A stretch of 64,000 nt of DNA, taken from positions 352,001 through 416,000 of the forward strand of contig CBDCTZ010000013.1 in NCBI GenBank assembly GCA_965222375.1, read 5' to 3'. The translations under genes were made by a program, and so were the position numbers. Source of the stretch: Polyangiaceae bacterium. Lineage in GTDB: Bacteria > Myxococcota_A > Polyangia > Polyangiales > Polyangiaceae. The notes under the pieces are model-generated. The model saw only the letters and a list, made by a program, of their open reading frames with translations. It was not told where the DNA came from and did no database searches. This document shows, in pieces, positions 9,918 to 18,698 of this stretch; position 1 is the stretch's first letter, and each line of letters opens with the position of its first letter.

Positions 9918-10495
9918 TTCTCGCCCTCCCTGCGTAGCGCAGGGATCTTCCGACCTGCTCGGCAGCAATCGAGCAGAACCCCGAATCGGCGCGTGCGGGT
10001 CTCCTCCTTCTTGGCGCTCATCACCCACCAGATCGACGGCTTCTGCACCGACGGCGTCAACGACTCGAAGAACTTCCAAGCCCGCTTGTTCGCCCGCAAT
10101 CGCCGCAGATACTTGGCGTCCAGTTCGAGTTTGCCCTGCGCGTAGGCATGTCGCGCGGGGGCTTCCGGGGCTCGCCGCTCGAAAGCTCTCAGCCCGGCCG
10201 GCATCATCCGCCCGTCACGAATGAGCTGACGAGCGGTTTTGAGGTTCACTGCGCTCCAGATACTCTTTTCCCGGCGTGGCGTGAATCGAATCGAGTAGGA
10301 CTCTTCGTCGAGCTTGTGGCGGATGCCATCGATCCAACCGAAGCACAAGGCCTCGGCCACGGACTCGGGCCAGGTCATGCTCGGCTTGCCGGTCTTCTTC
10401 TTGTAGTAGCCGACGATGAGTTCCGATTTCGTCGCGTGGTTCTTCGCGAGCCAGACGCCGAACGCGGAGGGGGTCTTGAAGAAGCGCGGCTTCAC
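9914..10495 (-). CDS. YdeI/OmpD-associated family protein
   Basis: WLAKNH, EALCFGWIDG, RFTPRR.KSIWS..N, SAKKEETR.RR. Confidence 0.92.
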   Translation of the reverse strand: MKPRFFKTPSAFGVWLAKNHATKSELIVGYYKKKTGKPSMTWPESVAEALCFGWIDGIRHKLDEESYSIRFTPRREKSIWSAVNLKTARQLIRDGRMMPAGLRAFERRAPEAPARHAYAQGKLELDAKYLRRLRANKRAWKFFESLTPSVQKPSIWWVMSAKKEETRTRRFGVLLDCCRAGRKIPALRREGEK

Positions 10496-10706
10496 TCAGA
10501 CTTCATAGCCTCGATTGCTTCGGCTTCAGTGCGAAAGATCAAAGTCGGGGAATGCCGCTGAACCGTTCGGTCGGTCGAATTGAACCGTTCAGACGGCGGT
10601 CGTTAGGCATCCAGGGTGGTGTTTTCACCGGCGTTTGTCGTGCCATCGGCGCGGGCACGCGGGTTGCTCTCGGGGAGCCAGACGCTGGGGAGAACGAACA
10701 TGATGC

Positions 10707-11077
10707 AAGACCATCATCAGTGCCAGGCTGAGGCTCTACCCCTGCATCCTGCCGCGAATTACAGCACGACCTAAGGCGTGAATGCGTTTGCATCCTACTG
10801 GAGCCCTTCATCGATCACTTTCGACAATGCGCCCAACTATTTCACTAGCTTCCAGGCGAACGTGAATCCGCCCACGAGCACTTCGTTTCCGCTCCAATGG
10901 ACCATCACGAACATCGTCAAGCAGTCGGCGTCGGGAGCATGAGCCAACAACGGGCTTTCTCTTCGCGACAACAATCTGACCTTCCCGGGTTACACGGCGT
11001 ACCGTGCGACGTCCTTCGACAGCACCAATACGACCAGTGGCAGCCGTCGACCTTCGCTGGTAGTGACGTATCAGTGA
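10707..11077 (+). pseudogene. Decayed DNRLRE/CBM96-like domain fragment
   Basis: KTIISARLRLY, then a frameshift, NYSTT*(TAA 10772)GVNAFASYWSPSSITFDNAP...WTITNIVKQSASGA*(TGA 10940)ANNGLSLRD...FDS.N...RPSLVVTYQ*. Confidence 0.7.
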
Positions 11078-11246
11078 CCGGCGTACTGCATTGGCCCAGG
11101 TCGAGAGTAGTGGCCCAGAGGGGCAAAGGGATGCGACCCCAACAACCGCCCATCACCACCCCGCGCCGCCTGAACAGCTCGCTTCCTGCTTCTGCCGCCG
11201 TGGTTGTCCTTGCCCCTCGAGCCCGTCTGAGACAAAGCATGCTGCA

Positions 11247-11329
11247 GGCCCCTTGGCGGAATGGCAGACGCAGGGGATTTAAAATCCCTCGTTCGTAAGA
11301 ACGTCCCGGTTCGAGTCCGGGAGGGGCCA
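11247..11329 (+). tRNA. tRNA-Leu (anticodon TAA)
   Basis: GGCCCCT/AGGGGCC acceptor stem, GGGGA-TTTAAAA-TCCCT anticodon arm, long variable arm, GGTTCGAGTCC T-arm; CCA not encoded. Confidence 0.96.
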
Positions 11330-11487
11330 CTCTGGATCGTTCTTTACGTCGCTCGCCCCGATTTGCCGTCCTGCTAGCCGGACTCAGGCCTTATCCGCCG
11401 ATGCGGTTCTTCTCTCTTTGGAAATGCCCGCCTTCGGCCACGGGGGTTGCCAACGGCTCCAGTCCGGGAGGGGCCACTCTGGATCGT
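11314..11487 (+). repeat. 27-bp perfect direct repeat of the tRNA-Leu 3' end plus flank (att-like)
   Basis: AGTCCGGGAGGGGCCACTCTGGATCGT at 11314-11340 and 11461-11487. Confidence 0.9.
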
Positions 11488-11525
11488 ACGGCCACTTCGA
11501 TCCCGCGATGCGGCGCGGGACCTAG

Positions 11526-13016
11526 CTAGTTGCAGTTGGGCGGGCTGGCGGTGCTGGGGATGGAGCTGGAATACCAGGTCCCTAGGGCGCCATTCTTGGT
11601 GCCGCAGCCTTTGCCGCCGCCCTGAACCTCGACCTGGGATTGCACGATGGAGCTGTTGGGCGAAAGCACTGTGACGCGTCCGCCGCCACCCGAGTAGCCC
11701 GTGATGACGCAGCTGCCGTTGTTGGCGGTTCCGCCACGCGCGACCAGTGTACCGGTGCCACTCACGGTCGGCGCGATCAATAGAACGCTCCCTCCTGAAC
11801 CGCCACCACCTTCTTTCGCGCCTTGGCCATTGGAGACCAGCGTTCCGTCCACGACGATCTCGCTCCGAGCACAGAGCAACATGGCCCCTCCACCTTTGCC
11901 GCCCTTGTTGGCGGCGGAGCCTGAACTGCTCCTGCCACCCCCGGAACCGGGGCACACCGGGAAAACGGGATTGCCATAGGTGAGCCCGCTGGTGCTCGTG
12001 CTGCCTGCACCCAGCCCACCATGCCCGGCGCCGCGTCCCTGTTGGCCCAGCCCGACCCCATCCGCTCCTTTGCCGGGCCCCATTCGTTCGGGATGCCCCA
12101 AGGTACTCATGCTGAGCGTGGAGCCGGCATGGACGACGATGCGGTTGGCGACGATCGCGGAGGGCAACGCCAAGCTTGGATCGCTCGCCAGGGTGACCGT
12201 CGCGCCGGGACCTGCTTCGGGTCCACCTGGGCTCCCGATGGTCAACTCATCGAACTGGTGACAGGCGTAGAAGAGAGACGCGTCGCCAGGGTACGCGATG
12301 TTGCCCTGGGACGGCGGGCAGGTAATGCCTAGGCCAGCGAGGATCGGTGCGCAGGGGTCAGCAGCCGCGTCCGCGCTGCCATCCGTGCTCGCGTCCCCCG
12401 AGCTCCCGTCGCTGCTTGCGTCCCCAGCGCCGCCGTCCGTCGATGCGTCGGTCCCGCCGCCATCCGTCGACGCGTCCGTTCCAGCATCGGCACCCGACTG
12501 CCCACCACTGCCGCTCGCGCCGCCGCTGCCACTTGCGCCACCACTACCGCCGGAGCCCGAAGAGCCCCCCGAGCCGCCACTGCCAGAGCTGCCGCCCGAG
12601 CCGCCAGTACCGCCGTCCTGCGACGCCTCCTGGCAGACGCCTTGTTCGCAGATCTGCCCAGGCAGGCAGGTCGCCAGTCCCGCACCGCAAGAGTCCCGGC
12701 ACTGCCCAGCGGTGTCACAAACCTGCTCGCCCCGGCAGTCGATGTTGTTCGTGCAGCTCTCCTCGGAGTCGAGCAGGCAAACGCCCTTGCCACTCGGTGC
12801 GTTCACTCAGCGGCTGTCGCCAGGGCAATCTCGAGTTTCCGCGCACTCCACATGGCACCGGCCGAAGGCGCAGATGAGCGGTGATTGACAGTCCGAGTTG
12901 ATCGAGCAGGATTCTGAGATGCCTTTGTTCTCGACCTTGGCCTTGCTCGAACAGCCCTGGGCCAACACGACCCCTGCAAGGGCGACAAGTAGAACGGCGG
13001 GGTACGAACGGCGCAT
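11526..13016 (-). CDS. Cys-rich/Gly-rich surface lipoprotein interrupted by one in-frame TGA at 12807-12809 (readthrough candidate or pseudogene)
   Basis: ORFs 12807-13016 (signal LAQGC, Cys repeats) and 11526-12806 are contiguous in the same frame: ...ETRDCPGDSR*VNAPSGKGVC... Confidence 0.8.
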
Positions 13017-13250
13017 AGTCTCATTCTACCGATCACCCGCTGCTGACGCGACCGGCACCGGGCCGACTCGGCCTCCCGGGGACGCTACTTTGGGTAGTGC
13101 GCGTGCTCTCATGTACGATGGGGCTCAGCATGAGATTGGTAATCGGGTGACCGGTCACGCCGGCGCTTTGTCGCGGTTTTGGGGTGGGGCTGCTGTGGCC
13201 ATGGGCACCCGCGCCACGCCGCGTCTCTCCGGGCGAATTCTTGGCAAGAC

Positions 13251-14237
13251 GTGAACCAGAAATCAGGAAAACTTAAGTTCAGCCTCGGCGCGGCGCTCGG
13301 GCTCGTGGCCAGCGTCGCCTGCGACGACGAACGCCCGCCGCCGCGAGGCCCAACCACGCCCATCGTCATCATGGCCCCCAAGCCACCGATCATGGAGTGC
13401 CGTTTCGACCCCCGTAGCATCTCGGAGGCGCCTGGAAGTCGCGGCAACGAGATGTGTTTCACGTCCGCCGAAGAAGATCCCTGGTGGATGAAGATCTCGA
13501 TGGATGCCGGCGCTGCCGAGGGCGGCGGTGCTACCGCTGGTGGTTCCCCGGCGGACGCAGGCGATGGGGGCCAGGATGCGGGACCACCGGCAGCATGCCC
13601 CCCGGAGATGGTCCTGGTCGACGGCAAGTACTGTCCGAAATTGCGCCACCGCTGCTTGCGGTACATGGACGACTACGGGCCGGGTGGCTTCTTGAGTCAC
13701 CACCGCTGCAAGGAGTTCGCCGAGGGCACCGAGTGTATGACGGAACGCGAGCACCGGCGGTTCTGCATCGACCGGGATGAATACGTTCCCGAGGGCGCTG
13801 AGCTTCCACTGATCGACCAGTCCTGGACCATGACTCGGGATCTATGCAAGAGCCTGGGTAAGCGACTGTGTTTCGAATCCGAATGGGAGTTCGCCTGTGA
13901 AGGTGAGGAGCTGCGCCCCTATCCCTACGGGCGCATTCGAAACGCCAAGCTCTGCAACCACGACAAGACCAACCTGAGTCGGCGAGGCAAGCTTCGTGAT
14001 CTCCGGGTCAAACCCGACAGCCGCCCGGAATGCGTCAGCCCCTTCGGCGTTCGCAACATGGTGGGCAACATCGACGAGTGGACTCGACGAGATGGCCACC
14101 AGCGGCCCTGGCGCGCATCCCTCCGGGGCGGCTGGTGGTTGGCGGGGCGGAATAACTGCCGGGCGGCCACCACTGGGCATGACGAATTCTACTTTGGGCC
14201 CCAAACCGGCGTCCGCTGCTGCAAGAACGCGCGCTGA
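13251..14237 (+). CDS. FGE-sulfatase (SUMF1/EgtB/PvdO) domain lipoprotein
   Basis: VASVAC lipobox; CPPEMVLVDG, FCIDRDEY, GKRLC.E.EWE.ACEG, PYPYG, SPFGV.NMVGNIDEW, GVRCC. Confidence 0.9.
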   Translation: MNQKSGKLKFSLGAALGLVASVACDDERPPPRGPTTPIVIMAPKPPIMECRFDPRSISEAPGSRGNEMCFTSAEEDPWWMKISMDAGAAEGGGATAGGSPADAGDGGQDAGPPAACPPEMVLVDGKYCPKLRHRCLRYMDDYGPGGFLSHHRCKEFAEGTECMTEREHRRFCIDRDEYVPEGAELPLIDQSWTMTRDLCKSLGKRLCFESEWEFACEGEELRPYPYGRIRNAKLCNHDKTNLSRRGKLRDLRVKPDSRPECVSPFGVRNMVGNIDEWTRRDGHQRPWRASLRGGWWLAGRNNCRAATTGHDEFYFGPQTGVRCCKNAR

Positions 14238-14311
14238 GCAGTTGACGGCGGGCCCCCGCTGGCGAAAACTCGACTCAGACTAGGATTTCCCAAGCCGGAC
14301 GGACTTCTCCT

Positions 14312-15511
14312 ATGCGCCGAGTTATCATCTTTTCTTCTTTGGTATTGGGCACTTGCGCACTGTGGGCGTGCAGCGCTTCCGACGAGCACGACCATGCTAA
14401 CGCGAGCCCCGGCGCCAGCGCAGCCTTCGAGGACGCCTACGAACAGACCGAGTTCGGCAAAGCCGACTCTTCCGGCTGTTCCGGCGTGGTCGTGCCCGAT
14501 TCCAGCGGTTTCAACAAGCGCGTGGCCATGACCTTCGACGATGGTCCCAATCCCGAAACCACGCCCCAGGTCCTCGACATCCTCAAGAAGTACTCAGTTC
14601 CGGCGGCCTTCTTCATCAACGGTAGCCGCGTCAACGGTGACAGCGCGCGGGCCGTGCTCGACCGGATCTTGGCCGAAGGCCACATCCTGGCCAACCACTC
14701 CCAGAAGCACCTCAATCTCAAGACCCTTTCATCCAGTGCCGTCAACGAGCAGGTCAAGCTCACCCACGACATCATCGCGGGAACGGGAATCACTCCGAAG
14801 TACTTTCGCTTTCCCTTTGGGTCCGCGAACTGCTCCGCCATCGACATCGTCGAAGGCTACGGGCTGATCGTAACCGGTTGGCACATCGATTCCGGTGATT
14901 GGTGCTACGCCTCGGCCAAGGGCGGCGTGGGCTACTGCCACCCGGACACATTCCGCTACGTCCCGGATTCCTTCCGGTCTGACATGGTGGGTTACACGCT
15001 GTCGCAGGTTCGTAAGCGCAAGGGCGGAATCGTTCTTTTCCACGACATTCATCAGAACACCGCGGACAGCGTCGAGGCCGTGATTTCCACTCTCAAGAAT
15101 GAGGGCTACACCTTCGTGAACGTGGATGATGAGGCCACATTCCCGGTGCTCAACGGGGGACAGCCCGTCCCCGTGCCCTTCGTCGGGGACCCCTGCGAAA
15201 AGAACGAAGACTGCACGTTCACCAACGGGTCGCAGACGGGCTCTTGTCATCGCTACACCCCTGCGGGCAGCACCCAAGAGGAAGGGTTCTGCACGGTGGG
15301 TTGTGAAGGCTACTGCCCGGACAAGACCGGCAAAGCGCCCACCTTCTGCGCCAGCCTCGATGGCGGACAGAGCGGTAGCTGTGTCTCGAAGTCTGGGACC
15401 GCCAACGACAACTGCGCAGTGCTGCCCGGCACGAGCGCGCAGACTGTTCAGCGCTTCGTCGGCTCCAGCGGCGCGCCGCCGGTGTCTTCCACCGTGTGTC
15501 TACCGGAGTAG
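14312..15511 (+). CDS. Polysaccharide deacetylase (CE4/NodB) lipoprotein with Cys-rich C-terminus
   Basis: LWAC lipobox; TFDDGP, ANHSQKH, FRFPFG, DSGDW, IVLFHD. Confidence 0.92.
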   Translation: MRRVIIFSSLVLGTCALWACSASDEHDHANASPGASAAFEDAYEQTEFGKADSSGCSGVVVPDSSGFNKRVAMTFDDGPNPETTPQVLDILKKYSVPAAFFINGSRVNGDSARAVLDRILAEGHILANHSQKHLNLKTLSSSAVNEQVKLTHDIIAGTGITPKYFRFPFGSANCSAIDIVEGYGLIVTGWHIDSGDWCYASAKGGVGYCHPDTFRYVPDSFRSDMVGYTLSQVRKRKGGIVLFHDIHQNTADSVEAVISTLKNEGYTFVNVDDEATFPVLNGGQPVPVPFVGDPCEKNEDCTFTNGSQTGSCHRYTPAGSTQEEGFCTVGCEGYCPDKTGKAPTFCASLDGGQSGSCVSKSGTANDNCAVLPGTSAQTVQRFVGSSGAPPVSSTVCLPE

Positions 15512-15542
15512 GCGCAAGCGGACTGCAGAGCGAGGGACCGAA

Positions 15543-16187
15543 TTGGCCGCCTTTCGATTCGATCCCTTGGGCCCCGACCTGTTCAAAGTCGGAGAGAGCC
15601 CGTTTCGAGTGCGGGGCCTCGCCTACATGGCGCTGCGAGCCTACGCAGACCACAAGGTCGACGGCGGCATGCAGGCCGTCTTGAAGAGCCTCGAAGACGA
15701 CCCCTTCGCGAACTACTACCAGCAACTGTTCATCGCAGCTGGCGACTACGACGCGGCGCCGCTGATGCATCTATTTCAGATTCTTGCGGACCGCACAGGC
15801 AGAGACGTGGGCGAGTTCATCTTCCTTCGTTCCCGGGCTTCCGCTGTTCAAGACTCCACGGGCATGTGGAAACCACTGCTCAAGTCATCCTCTCCGACCG
15901 CCATGGCGGAGCGGCTACCCCTGGCATTCAACCGCTACTTCGAGCCCTGCGCTGCCACCGTGCAGCAGACTCGGTCGACGGAGTTCTTGGGTACCCTGCG
16001 CAATGTGCCCGAATGCATGAGCGGGCTGTACTGCGAGAGCACCAACGGTTTCGTAACCGCTTGCCTAGAGTTGGCTGGTGCGCGAGATGCCAGCATCGAG
16101 TGGTTGGGTCGGGACTCCGCGGGCGCCTTGAACGGCGTGCCGATCCAAACTTGGCGCTTTCGCGCTCGCTGGAAGCTGGCCGACTAG
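15543..16187 (+). CDS. Myxobacterial hypothetical protein (DUF2378/TIGR02265-like)
   Basis: FRVRGLAY, F.A..DYD, final G..LELAGA..W pattern; start (TTG) uncertain. Confidence 0.55.
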   Translation: MAAFRFDPLGPDLFKVGESPFRVRGLAYMALRAYADHKVDGGMQAVLKSLEDDPFANYYQQLFIAAGDYDAAPLMHLFQILADRTGRDVGEFIFLRSRASAVQDSTGMWKPLLKSSSPTAMAERLPLAFNRYFEPCAATVQQTRSTEFLGTLRNVPECMSGLYCESTNGFVTACLELAGARDASIEWLGRDSAGALNGVPIQTWRFRARWKLAD

Positions 16188-16218
16188 GTTCAACGGAGTC
16201 CTCCAACAGGGTGGGCGT

Positions 16219-16866
16219 CTACCATCCTTCGGGAATGGTGCCCTTCAAGCAGTGAATCGTATTCGGGGACAGGGGCGTGGACATCCGCGCTCGTTTGGGT
16301 TGCTTGGTAGTTCCATCCACCAGCCCTTCCTCTGGCGACCATCGCGGCGCTGCTCCTGGCAGTAGACTGTGGAGGCCACTCTGCCAAATCCCAATAACAT
16401 AGGTGTGCCCGGCGACCCGACAGCCCATTCGATCGGCCAGAGCGTGTGCAAAGCGGCGGCCAGCACTGGCTCCGAAACTCTCACAGGTCCTGAGCCAGAA
16501 CAGGCTGGATGGCGCCATCCTTCGGACCAGGGCGTCGATTCCCGGCGCGTAGGCACTACCCCGAAGCAGTGCACGCTCATCCAGATGTTGCCCTCCGAGT
16601 TGGGCGTTGCCCCACTTGCCATGGCTCCACCACTGAACGTCAGCGATCCGAGCGTCTTCGGGCAACACGGAAAACCAGCTCAACACCTGGTCGAGCCCGG
16701 TAGCCGCCACAGTGTGCGTACTCCGGCCTAGCCGATAGTAGAGCCTCGCCCCAAGCGCCCAGACAGGAGAAAGCCCGGGTCGACTGGCGCTGACGACATC
16801 GGTCGCATCGTAGATCACCACGCGAAGGGGCTTTGCCGCATCTCCATCGTGGCCTCCGTAGGGCAT
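16219..16866 (-). CDS. Hypothetical protein (DUF4347/caspase-fold-like H-G...C pattern)
   Basis: VQWWSHGKWG, FWLRTCESFG, VAGHTYVIG; start uncertain. Confidence 0.6.
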   Translation of the reverse strand: MPYGGHDGDAAKPLRVVIYDATDVVSASRPGLSPVWALGARLYYRLGRSTHTVAATGLDQVLSWFSVLPEDARIADVQWWSHGKWGNAQLGGQHLDERALLRGSAYAPGIDALVRRMAPSSLFWLRTCESFGASAGRRFAHALADRMGCRVAGHTYVIGIWQSGLHSLLPGAAPRWSPEEGLVDGTTKQPKRARMSTPLSPNTIHCLKGTIPEGW

Positions 16867-16886
16867 TCGTGACAAAAGTGGGGTCG

Positions 16887-17255
16887 GTGCCACGAACTGT
16901 CCAGCCTCTGGGGCGAGCTTTTTTGGCCGCGCTGCTCTGCCTTGCCGCATGTGCAGAAACCGCAGAGCCAACGCGCGCGCCCCAAGTGTGTGAGCCCTTG
17001 TCGTTTCGCGCTTGCGATACGGATGCCTGTCGCGCCGTGGAGCAATGCAAGGAAAGCGGACTCTCCTACTCACCGTGCACCTGCGTGATCACGGACGCCG
17101 GCTACGCCGACGCGCCAGATCTAGGCGTCTCGGACGCTGCAGCGGAAAACGACGCTTCCAACGATGACGCGAAACCCGACGTCGACGCCAGCGACACCTC
17201 CGCGGACAGCTTGGACGCGTTGGAAGCCGGCGACGCGGAGTTCGAGGCGGGCTGA
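16887..17255 (+). CDS. Small Cys-containing lipoprotein with an acidic tail
   Basis: LLCLAAC lipobox; C...C...C..C...SPCTC; Asp/Ala-rich tail. Confidence 0.6.
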   Translation: MPRTVQPLGRAFLAALLCLAACAETAEPTRAPQVCEPLSFRACDTDACRAVEQCKESGLSYSPCTCVITDAGYADAPDLGVSDAAAENDASNDDAKPDVDASDTSADSLDALEAGDAEFEAG

Positions 17256-17366
17256 CCCCACCGGCATGCGAACGTCCCCAGGACAGCATCACCGACCTAC
17301 GCTTCGCCGGAGAAAGGCGACGAAAATGCCTACACCTTCCGAGCTCCGGACTAGGATCGTGCCCGC

Positions 17367-18341
17367 GTGAGTGATCCCTCCTCAATGGACGTTGCGGACC
17401 AGCCCGGCGCCATCGTCGACGGCAAGTACGCCTTGATCGAGTGCGTGGGCGAAGGCGGGATGGCTCAAGTGTGGAAAGCGCTGACTTACGGCGCCCACGG
17501 GATCCGGAGCACCGTAGCGGTCAAACGCATCCACGAACAGTACAACGACTACCCAGACGCCATTGCCATGTTTGTGGAAGAAGCGCGCGTGGGCGCTCGC
17601 TTGCGCCACCCCAACATCGTGCAGATTCACGACTTCGGCGTTGACGGTGCAGGCCGCCACTACTTGGTCACGGAGTTCGTGGAGGGGATCCACTTCGGCC
17701 AATACGTGTCCAGTTTCACCAAAGACGGCCGTCGCCCGCCCTGGCCAATGACCACCGCCATTGGCATCGAAACTCTACGCGCGCTGGATGCCGCACACAC
17801 GGCGACGGACGAGGAGGGCAATCCCATCGCTGTATTGCATCGCGACGTGACGCCGCCGAATATTCTGTTGGACATCGTCGGCGTGACCAAGCTCGCCGAC
17901 TTCGGGTTGGCCCGGGCCATGGACCGCGGGCGGATCACGCGCCCGGACATCGTCAAAGGCAAGCTGAGCTACCTGGCGCCAGAGATGGCTGCCGGGCAAG
18001 ACCCGACACCCCAGTCGGATCTCTACAGCCTCGGGATTGTGCTTTGGGAAGCCTACGTCGGAGGTCGCCTGTTCAACGCGGAAACCGACATCGAAGTGCT
18101 ACAGATGGTGCAAAACCCCAGAGTTCCCTTGTTGGCCAGCAAGGTCCCCGAGCTTCCCCTGAACCTGTCCACTGCCATTCAACGGGCTCTCGAGCCCGAC
18201 CCGACGCGCCGGTACGCGTCGGCAGAGGAGATGCTGGACACTTTGCGGGGCGTGCTGCGCGTGCATCCGACCACGACCGGGGGACAGCACTTCGCCCGCG
18301 CGATCCGCGAGGCCCGCGCTCGGCTGGGCAAAGGGGCCTAG
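17367..18341 (+). CDS. Cytoplasmic Ser/Thr protein kinase
   Basis: GEGGMAQVW, VAVK, HRDVTPPN, DFGLA, YLAPE, DLYSLG. Confidence 0.93.
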   Translation: MSDPSSMDVADQPGAIVDGKYALIECVGEGGMAQVWKALTYGAHGIRSTVAVKRIHEQYNDYPDAIAMFVEEARVGARLRHPNIVQIHDFGVDGAGRHYLVTEFVEGIHFGQYVSSFTKDGRRPPWPMTTAIGIETLRALDAAHTATDEEGNPIAVLHRDVTPPNILLDIVGVTKLADFGLARAMDRGRITRPDIVKGKLSYLAPEMAAGQDPTPQSDLYSLGIVLWEAYVGGRLFNAETDIEVLQMVQNPRVPLLASKVPELPLNLSTAIQRALEPDPTRRYASAEEMLDTLRGVLRVHPTTTGGQHFARAIREARARLGKGA

Positions 18342-18371
18342 TTTTCCACCAAAAGCCCACATGATTTGCGT

Positions 18372-18392
18372 AATTGAAAACCATTTTCAATT
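18372..18392. promoter_or_regulatory. Fur-box-like palindrome upstream of feoAB
   Basis: AATTGAAAA-CCA-TTTTCAATT, a perfect 9-3-9 inverted repeat, AT-rich in a GC-rich background, about 20 bp before feoA. Confidence 0.8.
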
Positions 18393-18413
18393 GCGCTAGA
18401 CCCTCTCCGAACC

Positions 18414-18698
18414 GTGCAACTCGCTGACGTCCCCATTGGAACCACCGCCACCGTCGAGCGCATCGGCGGCGAGCGAGCGTTCCGTCGCCGCCTGATGGAG
18501 CTTGGCCTCGTTCCCGGCACCCACGTGGCCATGGTCGGAATCGCCCCCTTTGGGGATCCCATGGAGCTGCTGGTGCGAGGCGCTAGCCTGTCGATCCGCC
18601 GAGCAGAAGCCAAAGAAGTGCGAGTCGTCGTGGTGGAGCAAGAATCCAGCGAGCAGAGCGCGCTCGTCTTGGATCGCGGTTGCCGAGACTCGTCGTGA
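18414..18698 (+). CDS. feoA: Ferrous iron transport protein A
   Basis: RRLMELGLVPGT, APFGDP, VRGASLSIRR.EA; directly precedes feoB. Confidence 0.93.
   Translation: MQLADVPIGTTATVERIGGERAFRRRLMELGLVPGTHVAMVGIAPFGDPMELLVRGASLSIRRAEAKEVRVVVVEQESSEQSALVLDRGCRDSS

Noticed and set aside
10940..10942. Second in-frame TGA as evidence of genome-wide UGA recoding
   Set aside because: The same fragment also has a TAA and a frameshift, and many intact genes here end in TGA with ATGA/GTGA coupling, so the standard code applies.
13251..14237. FGE-sulfatase/CLec-fold protein as a diversity-generating retroelement target
   Set aside because: No reverse transcriptase and no second copy of its 3' region (template repeat) seen in the window.
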